A stretch of DNA of 64,000 nt from an uncultured Poribacteria bacterium (lineage in GTDB: Bacteria; Poribacteria; WGA-4E; WGA-3G). The translations under genes and the position numbers were made by a program. The DNA lies in assembly GCA_951813565.1 (NCBI GenBank), contig OX638351.1, positions 4,992,001-5,056,000 on the forward strand. The letters are read 5' to 3'. Below, in pieces: positions 20,901 through 28,041 of the stretch. The stretch's first letter is position 1, and the number at the start of each line of letters is the position of its first letter. The notes below the pieces were generated by a model. The model did not search any database, was not told the origin of the DNA, and saw only the letters and a program-made list of their open reading frames with translations.

Positions 20901-21254
20901 CAAACAGATGGAAGTTTACAACGTGGTAAATACGTGATTGGCTGGCCTAAACAATTCTATTTATCAACTACTGGCTATAATACTTACCATAAGTCACTTG
21001 GCACTCCCCATCCTCTTGAAGTTAATGTATGGACTGAACCTTACGATCCCTCAAATCCACCGGATCTGAGAGTTGTTGCCAAGCAATTAATCTCTCTGAC
21101 AAAGTTGAATTGGGCATCAACCCGTTCATTTTGTGGCACGCCTATCACCATAAAATACGCACGTGACATTGCCCGTTTTGCATCGGCGTTTATTGAGCGT
21201 AGCGGAAAGTTTGAACTACATGAAGTCTTGGAGAAAACCCCATGGTTCATCTAA
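17913..21254 (+). CDS. Schlafen/AlbA_2 - HATPase_c_4 (GHKL) - long prokaryotic Argonaute fusion, PIWI catalytically inactive
   Basis: N-terminal EGQYFER...SAFANTNKEGGLVVLGIANDG (AlbA_2). Middle EALVNAIVHREY...EVRNPG...RNPKI...EGTRRM (HATPase_c_4). Ago part: EEPSVQF, GLTKYSSYD, MID YYTIK...GIPVQMV...NITAKCGVVPW, PIWI FVGLSY, LTKLNW, PITIKYAR, C-terminal PWFI. RBS GAGAGG before ATG. Confidence 0.88.
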   Translation: MPTPTPKEVFDNPLQYLNFLQSDKFEGQYFERNEVRLEKNQINVLKDSIKPCLSAFANTNKEGGLVVLGIANDGTIKGIQHVDEQKLNEILQVRESLKNHVTDPKHVSLQDPNKNQLYLLYTHETPNAICETTGVFPKAWKRVGPQNRPMTEQERDQLKRNKKIVDFENTYCCPHDPNELDEGVVEEFKKAFLEERGAQYGHSTEEVLYQAGALIKTEENGKYVINNAGYLFFSSNPRKRFGSAFVRLLRYDVRAEELRNRGGMTLDKDFDGPLPNIIRGLRSFLKDSALFRILSKRNPDGGFTDEPEFPFIAVDEALVNAIVHREYAVTTPIFCIVYRDKLEVRNPGDIPQSVPKKFSLDEQSLDPVPRNPKIVEWMRIMKDERGSIFVHGLSEGTRRMKEEMENLGLPAPHYHTDQYTTVTLYSKFDERLEKYTLKTVTETQEYANLFPIEQSRERMSRSEFIEVRGNILTAIKDALLNHGWFIDRFSFGRIVAHRQGTSLSLSPQVKAVVQIYPAYELQIRQYAEDLYLCVDYKAELKNILKVGSLLDYFTVDDLVGKHAVAKYSGQWERGEILEIDSETTKLALSDLDTEVNIPNNDVIPSIGKTAIKKILTKKNIAHDLDQKIKEHALVSQRNAAKTRAEKTIRIVQHLADEVFPITVNNLTLKLSKIPASLKTPLSGGSSQDVKPLTVFHESEEPSVQFYNDKVDANILEGLTKYSSYDAGIKDIELIPICTPDLRGGMRQLIERLKHGKYKYRGTEWTFKTKLTYPNVNPAPIEEFQSECVRLLEENPNWIGNKDLNRLFLVYVPEDRFPITDLNSPYYTIKEFLLSKGIPVQMVDTPILKNPDWKDFNLALNITAKCGVVPWVLPGALPDADFFVGLSYTQHPDRKIDRHMAFANVFSNFGRWKFYQGNAKPFNYDERHEYYKVLVRSTLERLDLRESPSIHFHYSAKFSAEDISAILEAAKLVRPNGRYTFVWINSSHIVRFYDPSPQTDGSLQRGKYVIGWPKQFYLSTTGYNTYHKSLGTPHPLEVNVWTEPYDPSNPPDLRVVAKQLISLTKLNWASTRSFCGTPITIKYARDIARFASAFIERSGKFELHEVLEKTPWFI

Positions 21255-22681
21255 CTCCAATTTCTGGTGATTTGCCAAAAGGGTGGGTGTGGACAACATT
21301 AGAAGAAATTGGTGAAATCATATTAGGGCAATCCCCTCCGTCTTCTACCTACAATACAGATGGAGACGGACTCCCTTTTTATCAAGGTAAACTTGAATTC
21401 GGGAAACTCTATCCTGCACCTCGAAAATGGTGTACCGCTCCGAAGAAAATTGCTGAAAAAGGGGACGTTTTCATTTCTATTCGCGCGCCTGTAGGACCTA
21501 CAAATATTTGCCCCGAAAAATCTGCTGTGGGAAGAGGACTCGCAGCAATTCGCGGGTTAGGCGGAATTGAGTCGTTTTTCATTCTTTATTTAATGCATGC
21601 CTATGCAAATAAGATTGCAAGCAGAGGAACGGGGACAACTTTTGATGCAATTACGGGAAACCAACTTAAGACATTTGAAATCCCACTTCCACCACTGACA
21701 GAACAACGCCGCATCGTAGCCAAGTTAGAGATACTATTTACACATTTAGACGCAGCAGTTGAAAACCTCAAAAAAGCACAAGTGCAGTTGCAGCGGTATC
21801 GTCAATCAGTTCTCAAAGCTGCTTTTGAAGGGGAGTTGACGAGGGAGTGGCGAGAAGGGTATTCGGGTGAATTAGAACCGATGTCGGTTTCAGAAGTTTC
21901 TGAGATGGACAATTTACCTGAGCTGCCTGATGGTTGGGTGTGGACGAAGGTTAAGGACATTTCAGAATTTATTCGCGGTGTGTCCTATAAAAAGAATCAA
22001 TCATCTAAAACCCCAATAGATGATTATGTTCCTATATTGCGGGCGAACAATATCAATACACAATTGAACTATGAAGACCTTGTTTATGTTCAGCGAGAAA
22101 AGGTTAAAGATGAACAATTTGTAAAGATTTATGATATTATCATCGCGATGTCGAGTGGTAGTAAACACCTCGTAGGTAAAGCAGCGCAAGCTTATCAGGA
22201 TTTTGAAGGGGGTTTTGGCACTTTTTGTGGGTTGGTCAGAGTTTCGGAAGAAGTAAATAAAAAATTCATTGGTTTATTTTTCCAAAGTCCTGTTTATAGA
22301 AATGAAATATCTCGTCTCTCTATTGGAATAAACATCAATAACCTTCGGAGAGAAAACATAGAGACAATGCTTATACCGCTTCCACCGCTTGCCGAACAGG
22401 AACAGATTGTCTCTGAACTTGAGCGGCACCTTTCAGTCGCTGATGCGGCAGAGGCAACCCTTGATGCCGCACTGAAGCGCGCGGAACGTTTGCGGCAGTC
22501 TATCCTCAAACATGCGTTTTCTGGTAAACTTGTTCCGCAAGACCCGAACGATGAACCGGCAAGCGTGTTGCTTGAGAAAATCAGAGATGAGAAAGATCAG
22601 CAACAACCAAAGCGAAAAAAGACTACAACAAAATCGAAAAACACATCTTCGGCACAGCAATTGTCCCTTCCACTTGACTAA
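21242..22681 (+). CDS. hsdS: Type I restriction-modification specificity subunit
   Basis: Two TRDs each preceded by LPxGWVWT and followed by IPLPPLxEQ; RQSxLKxAFxG; QDPNDEPASVLLEKI. Confidence 0.93.
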   Translation: MVHLTPISGDLPKGWVWTTLEEIGEIILGQSPPSSTYNTDGDGLPFYQGKLEFGKLYPAPRKWCTAPKKIAEKGDVFISIRAPVGPTNICPEKSAVGRGLAAIRGLGGIESFFILYLMHAYANKIASRGTGTTFDAITGNQLKTFEIPLPPLTEQRRIVAKLEILFTHLDAAVENLKKAQVQLQRYRQSVLKAAFEGELTREWREGYSGELEPMSVSEVSEMDNLPELPDGWVWTKVKDISEFIRGVSYKKNQSSKTPIDDYVPILRANNINTQLNYEDLVYVQREKVKDEQFVKIYDIIIAMSSGSKHLVGKAAQAYQDFEGGFGTFCGLVRVSEEVNKKFIGLFFQSPVYRNEISRLSIGININNLRRENIETMLIPLPPLAEQEQIVSELERHLSVADAAEATLDAALKRAERLRQSILKHAFSGKLVPQDPNDEPASVLLEKIRDEKDQQQPKRKKTTTKSKNTSSAQQLSLPLD

Positions 22682-22800
22682 ACTAAAGTTGAAACTTCGT
22701 TTTGTTTTTAATGCAGATTTATGGTAAAATATCAATGTAAAGCAACTGTACAATCTGTTCATTAAAAGTTTTAATTTAAGTTTTTAAGGAAATATTAGAG

Positions 22801-23085
22801 ATGACACTTAAGATTACAGACTGCACGGATAGAGATGAAAAAACGCGGGAGACCGATCCGCTTCTCGCATTAGCAGGTACGCTTAAATGGAATAATATAA
22901 GTGGCCCCAACGCCGTATTGATACCGGAAATACTCGTGATTAAAGGCGCACACGAAGATCACCCGGATCCGCTCATCGCCTTGCTGGGAACGTTGGAATG
23001 TGATGTCACAGACATCGGCGAACGTCACGATGATTATATCAGAGACGCACTTTTAGCAGAATTATGGGGAAATGAAGATGAATGA
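22801..23085 (+). CDS. Small hypothetical protein with internal repeat, antitoxin-like
   Basis: DPLLALAGTL / DPLIALLGTL repeat; DIGERHDDYI tail; putative promoter TTGTTT-17-TAAAAT at 22702-22730. Confidence 0.55.
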   Translation: MTLKITDCTDRDEKTRETDPLLALAGTLKWNNISGPNAVLIPEILVIKGAHEDHPDPLIALLGTLECDVTDIGERHDDYIRDALLAELWGNEDE

Positions 23086-23119
23086 GGAACTTACCTTAAA
23101 CTTGCGTAGGTGAAATAAT

Positions 23120-23533
23120 ATGAAAACTGAAGAAAAAGAACATAATCTCCCTCTACCGCCAGCAGATAAAACACTATTTCGCAAACAAGTGCAGCGCGAA
23201 TTAGACGAAATTCGACAAGAAGCTGAGGAGGCTTATACCTTGGATAACGAGATTGATCCTGTGCCGGATTCGGCTTACAATGACACGCTTGTTTTGTTAA
23301 AGTTCCTTTGTAATTACAATCTGCCCATGCCAGATTTTAGTTGGGCAGAAGATGGTAGCCTTAGTGTTGGGTGGTACCCAGATAATGGCATGGTAACAAT
23401 GGGAATATATGGGGACAATCTTGTCATCTATAATGCATTTTTTGAAGAAAAACGTCAATTTGAAGGAATCTGTGAACTGTCAGATACCGCGGTGTTGTCA
23501 GGTTTTCTCACAACGTTGGCAAATATCCTCTAA
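23120..23533 (+). CDS. Acidic hypothetical protein (module gene A, copy 1)
   Basis: Paralog of 26521-26919 and 27120-27539 (PxxAYN, PMP, EDGxxxxxW, GICxLS). Confidence 0.75.
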   Translation: MKTEEKEHNLPLPPADKTLFRKQVQRELDEIRQEAEEAYTLDNEIDPVPDSAYNDTLVLLKFLCNYNLPMPDFSWAEDGSLSVGWYPDNGMVTMGIYGDNLVIYNAFFEEKRQFEGICELSDTAVLSGFLTTLANIL

Positions 23534-23547
23534 TAAGGATTGTTGTT

Positions 23548-23967
23548 ATGAATGTTTCACCGGGTGAGACACTCACTCGTTTTATTCGTTATAACAGTCA
23601 TTTTTCCGTTGTAACTAACAGAGTTAAACCTGACGCTTTTCTTCCACACAGAAAGCGTATTGATGTATCCGTGTTTCGCATTTCCGAACTCAATGACAGT
23701 GAAAAACTCTCAGAAAACGAGATATGGCAAATTGGGCGGGAATATGTTCAAACAGAAGAAAGACTGATAAAGGCAAGGGCTGATCTTTTGGCTGCCGTTG
23801 TTTATCAGAATAATCTTGAAGTTGTTCCAGATGAGCCGCCTCAAAGGCACGCGAACATAACGCCTTTTCCGATAGAGAAAAGTCCTACAGACAGGAAAGC
23901 ACGTAGATCCATCGCAACGAAACTTGCTAACGCAAGTAAATTAGCTGTTCAACCAGAAAAGATATGA
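23548..23967 (+). CDS. Hypothetical protein (module gene B, copy 1), possible ART-like fold
   Basis: Paralog of 27550-27954; conserved RFI, AFxP, SVF, EIWxIGR, KARADL, HANIT. Confidence 0.75.
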   Translation: MNVSPGETLTRFIRYNSHFSVVTNRVKPDAFLPHRKRIDVSVFRISELNDSEKLSENEIWQIGREYVQTEERLIKARADLLAAVVYQNNLEVVPDEPPQRHANITPFPIEKSPTDRKARRSIATKLANASKLAVQPEKI

Positions 23968-23996
23968 TTTCAGTACGATCAAATTGAGATACACAC

Positions 23997-25463
23997 ATGT
24001 CCAACGAATCCACAACAATCGTTCAAAAACTATGGAATTTCTGCAATGTGCTCCGAGATGATGGGGTCAGTTACGGAGATTACGTGGAGCAACTCACGTA
24101 TCTGCTTTTTCTCAAACTCGCTGATGAACAGCGCAACCTACCTACTAACACATCAACTCAAATCCCTGCTGGTTTGGATTGGGAAAGTTTACTCAAAGAG
24201 AGTGGTGCTGCGTTAGAAGAGCAGTATGTTAAAACCCTTCGTGAATTGAGTAATGAGAAAGGGTTGCTTGGTGTTATTTTTAGAAAATCGCAAAACCGCA
24301 TTCAGACACCCGCGCACCTCCAACGACTTATCAAGCTTATTGATGCCGAAAACTGGAGCGGAATGGCAGCCGATGTCAAAGGCACAATTTACGAGGGACT
24401 TTTACAGAAAAACGCTGAAGACACCAAAAGCGGTGCAGGGCAGTACTTCACACCTCGTCCACTCATCAAAGCGATAGTAGCTGTAATGCAACCTAAACCG
24501 ATGAAAACGATCTGCGATCCTGCATGCGGCACAGGCGGTTTTTTCCTCGCTGCTTATGAGTATATATCCGAAACATATCGCACAACATTAACTCGTGAAC
24601 AGAAGAAGTTCCTCAGATTTGATACTTTCGCCGGAACAGACATCGTTGATAACGTAGTCCGTCTCTGTGTTATGAATCTATATCTGCACGGTATTGATGG
24701 GGAGGAAAGTCCAATTACAACCAACGATAGTCTCGGCAAAGATCCGGGAGAACGTTACGATATGGTGCTGACCAATCCACCGTTTGGTAACAAGAGTAGT
24801 GTTACAATCACTACTGATGGCGAAAAACGTAGCAACGCATCCGTCACGTATGAACGCGATGATTTTTGGGCGACAACTTCAAATAAACAGTTTAACTTCC
24901 TACAGCACATTAAGACAATTTTGAAGGAAAATGGTCGCGCCGCTGTGGTACTACCTGATAACGTTCTCTTTGAACGTGGCGCGGGTGAAACAATTCGCAG
25001 GCAACTGCTAAAACTGTTTGATGTCCATACCTTGTTACGATTGCCTACTGGTATTTTCTACGCGCAAGGTGTAAAGGCAAACGTTCTCTTTTTCGACAAA
25101 CGTCCGGCACGTGAGGAACCGTGGACACAAAAACTTTGGATATACGATCTCCGTACAAATAAACGTTTTACGCTTAAGACGAATCCCTTACGCGATGCCG
25201 ACCTACAGGATTTTATTACTGCCTATAATCCAAAGAACCGTCACGAACGGGTTGAAACTGAACGTTTTCACGCCTTCACTTACGAGGAACTTACCAAGCG
25301 GGAACATGTTAACCTTGATATTTTCTGGTTGAAAGAGGATTCACTTGAAGATATAGCAGACCTTCCCACGCCTGATGTATTAGCGGGGGAAATCACACAG
25401 AATTTAGAGACTGCTTTGGGATTGTTTCAGAATATTCAGACAGAATTAGGTGACAGTGACTAA
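23997..25463 (+). CDS. hsdM: Type I restriction-modification N6-adenine methyltransferase subunit
   Basis: KLWNFCNVLRDDG, GQYFTPR, DPACGTGGF (motif I), TNPPF (motif IV), LRLPTGIFY. Confidence 0.95.
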   Translation: MSNESTTIVQKLWNFCNVLRDDGVSYGDYVEQLTYLLFLKLADEQRNLPTNTSTQIPAGLDWESLLKESGAALEEQYVKTLRELSNEKGLLGVIFRKSQNRIQTPAHLQRLIKLIDAENWSGMAADVKGTIYEGLLQKNAEDTKSGAGQYFTPRPLIKAIVAVMQPKPMKTICDPACGTGGFFLAAYEYISETYRTTLTREQKKFLRFDTFAGTDIVDNVVRLCVMNLYLHGIDGEESPITTNDSLGKDPGERYDMVLTNPPFGNKSSVTITTDGEKRSNASVTYERDDFWATTSNKQFNFLQHIKTILKENGRAAVVLPDNVLFERGAGETIRRQLLKLFDVHTLLRLPTGIFYAQGVKANVLFFDKRPAREEPWTQKLWIYDLRTNKRFTLKTNPLRDADLQDFITAYNPKNRHERVETERFHAFTYEELTKREHVNLDIFWLKEDSLEDIADLPTPDVLAGEITQNLETALGLFQNIQTELGDSD

Positions 25464-25613
25464 ACTACGTTACTGTCTGTTTTTAAGTGAAAACATAGGG
25501 AGAGGATATTGACAAAAGACTAAATTTCGGAGACGTTTTGTGCAGAATTATATTCTTGTAACCAATAACGTCTCCACGACCTTTACTTTTGAAAACCTAA
25601 GGAGGAATTCAAA

Positions 25614-26432
25614 ATGCGCAATCAACTTACACTGACACTCTTCACCCTTATCATTGCTGTCCTTTTCTGTTCTATTGCAGTAGCAAGTTTGCAAAATGGG
25701 TTAATTGTCTATTATCCATTTGATGAAGCAGATGGAAAAACAGCGTCTGATAAAAGCAAAAACAACAATGATGCGGAACTTATGGGTAACGCCGCTTGGG
25801 CACCTAAGGAAGGTAAAATTGGCGGTGCCATCAGATTTGATGGTGGTGATAGTTCTGCTGTAGACGAAAACGGTGCAGATTATATCAATGAACTTGAGGC
25901 TTTTACCATCTCTGTTTGGGTAAAATCTGATTCAGTTGGACACGACAGAGGTATTGTCTTTGCTATAGACCCCGATGGAGGCGATAATGTTTTCGGTTTA
26001 CGCTACGATGCCGCAAGTTGGTCCACAAAGGGTGGGACAAATCTTCTCAAAGGCGCGATTACGACAACGGGCGGCGGTCAAGCGTATGAGGGTAAAAGCG
26101 ATGTGCAAACAACTGAGTGGCAATACCTCGCGTTTACTTGGAAAAGTGGTGAACAACTTGCCCTTTATATTGATGGTGAACTTGATGATAATCCTACACA
26201 CAATGATGGTGGAAAAGAGGGTAAAATTTCTGGTGCCACCAAATTAATCGTAGGTAAAGGTGCTAAAGATAATAATGGCACCTCATGGCCCGGTCTCATT
26301 GACGACTTTCGACTCTACGATAGAGTTTTAGAGGCGAGAGAGATTTCAGATTTAGCTTCAGGTGTCCTACCAGTTGAACCGGCTGGAAAGCTAGCAACGA
26401 CTTGGGCGAACTTTAAGCAAAAACGAAATTAA
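25614..26432 (+). CDS. Secreted LamG-like jellyroll domain protein
   Basis: Signal peptide; YYPFDE, FTISVWVK, LYIDGE, IDDFRLYDRVL; C-terminal VEPAGKLATTW. Confidence 0.88.
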   Translation: MRNQLTLTLFTLIIAVLFCSIAVASLQNGLIVYYPFDEADGKTASDKSKNNNDAELMGNAAWAPKEGKIGGAIRFDGGDSSAVDENGADYINELEAFTISVWVKSDSVGHDRGIVFAIDPDGGDNVFGLRYDAASWSTKGGTNLLKGAITTTGGGQAYEGKSDVQTTEWQYLAFTWKSGEQLALYIDGELDDNPTHNDGGKEGKISGATKLIVGKGAKDNNGTSWPGLIDDFRLYDRVLEAREISDLASGVLPVEPAGKLATTWANFKQKRN

Positions 26433-26520
26433 TCGGTCTATGTGTTCTAAATAAGCAGTCGCGTCTTCATCTGGTAGAGACATTGAGGCGCGCCTGCATA
26501 GTAATAGGTTGGTAAAAATT

Positions 26521-26919
26521 ATGCAATTACATCTTGAGATGCCGCAGGCAGATGAGGGGACGTTCCGATATAGTATCAAACGCGAATTAGCGGAACTATA
26601 TAAAAAAGAAGATGGAGTGTATGCAAAGGATAGCATAATTGATGCTATGCCTGAGTCAGCATATAATGATGCCCTCTTTTTGCTTGAGTTTCTTTTTAAT
26701 TCGGGTGTTCCTATGCCAAACATCAATCGGACAAAACACGGTAGCCTCAGCTTAAGTTGGTATCCTGAAGAAGGTACAGCGAAGATGGAACTCTGTGGTG
26801 ATGGACTTGTTGTCTATAATGCATTTTTCGATGAAGATCGTCAGGATGAAGGTGCTTGTGTTTTGACAGATATTGCTGCGCTGGATGAACTTCTTGGCGC
26901 GTTGCGCTGCGTTTTTTGA
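26521..26919 (+). CDS. Acidic hypothetical protein (module gene A, solo copy)
   Basis: PESAYNDAL...PMPN...GSLSLSWYP...YNAFFDE, paralog of 23120-23533; start uncertain. Confidence 0.65.
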   Translation: MQLHLEMPQADEGTFRYSIKRELAELYKKEDGVYAKDSIIDAMPESAYNDALFLLEFLFNSGVPMPNINRTKHGSLSLSWYPEEGTAKMELCGDGLVVYNAFFDEDRQDEGACVLTDIAALDELLGALRCVF

Positions 26920-26954
26920 TAATAGCGTTTTATTAGCTTTATAGCGGATTCTAC

Positions 26955-27042
26955 AATTAACTGGACATCTGAGCTGTCCGAGGGAACTCCGATTCCCGAC
27001 TAACAGTGGTTTCGTCGCGATTCGGAGATCGCTCCTACAGAA
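26955..27042. repeat. REP-like palindromic pair, empty-site version of 54106-54230
   Basis: GTCCGAGGGAACTCCGATTCCCGAC ... TCGCGATTCGGAGATCGCTCCTACAG. Confidence 0.8.
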
Positions 27043-27119
27043 TATATGTGAACTTATTTACATAATTTACTATAATGTTGTTGCGGATGTTACAATGATG
27101 ATCATATAGGTGACACACT

Positions 27120-27539
27120 ATGGATACCTCACACTCACAAAAAGAACCTGATTTTGCTCGGTCCCCTGCTGACAAGATACTGTTTCTAAAACATGTCCAA
27201 AGCGAATTAGGCGAAATTCGTGAGGAAGTTGAAGAAACTTGTGCAGTGACTACCGACGTTATACCTGTACCGGAACAGGCTTATAATAATACATTATCTT
27301 TGATGGAACAGATGCCCGATGACATACCGATGCCAGACATGATGTGGTTGGAAGATGGTGGTATTGGATTAGAATGGAGGCCAGGAGAAGGTATCGCAAC
27401 AATAAGTCTATACGGTGACGGAAACGTTATTTACGGTATTTTTTTTAGTGATAAGTGTGAGACTAGTGGAATCTGTGCCTTGTCAAACTATGCACTTCTC
27501 CATGGATTTCTTACGACGTTAAGCCTACTCTTTCAATAA
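27120..27539 (+). CDS. Acidic hypothetical protein (module gene A, copy 2)
   Basis: PADKxLF..VQ.EL.EIR, PVPEQAYN, PMPD, EDGGIGLEW. Confidence 0.75.
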   Translation: MDTSHSQKEPDFARSPADKILFLKHVQSELGEIREEVEETCAVTTDVIPVPEQAYNNTLSLMEQMPDDIPMPDMMWLEDGGIGLEWRPGEGIATISLYGDGNVIYGIFFSDKCETSGICALSNYALLHGFLTTLSLLFQ

Positions 27540-27549
27540 AGGATACGGT

Positions 27550-27954
27550 ATGGATTTATCGAGAGGCGATATTCTTAGTCGCTTCATTTTTTCTAAAAGA
27601 CACTTTTCAATAGAAAATTCGACTGTCAAATATGGAGCATTTATTCCGCCTCCAAATAGTGCTGATTTATCTGTGTTTTCTGTTTCATCCCTTACTAACA
27701 GCGAAATATGGGAAATCGGACGTAAATATGTCCAAACGAATGAAAGAAAACTAAAGGCAAGAGCCGATCTTCCTGTTGAAAAAGTTTATGCTGTTAATCT
27801 AAAAGTTGTCCCAGATACTCAACCTCACGAACTACATGCCAATATCACATCTTTTCCATTAGACAAGAGGGAGCGTACTGATCTTGCAAGAAAACTTGCA
27901 GTCGTTAGTAGGTTGGAAATTATACCACCTGAAGATACTGATTCTGATCGTTAA
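27550..27954 (+). CDS. Hypothetical protein (module gene B, copy 2)
   Basis: Paralog of 23548-23967, in the same order behind gene A. Confidence 0.75.
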   Translation: MDLSRGDILSRFIFSKRHFSIENSTVKYGAFIPPPNSADLSVFSVSSLTNSEIWEIGRKYVQTNERKLKARADLPVEKVYAVNLKVVPDTQPHELHANITSFPLDKRERTDLARKLAVVSRLEIIPPEDTDSDR

Positions 27955-28041
27955 ATACAATTTTGGATAGTGTTTAAACCAATGCGACTCATCAACCTAC
28001 TGCTATTGTGATGCCCTCAGGATACCTAAAGGAATAACTAA

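Noticed and set aside
20550..21180. Slicer-active Argonaute
   Set aside because: Expected catalytic Asp positions read Ser (GLSY), Ser (HYSA) and Arg (YAR).
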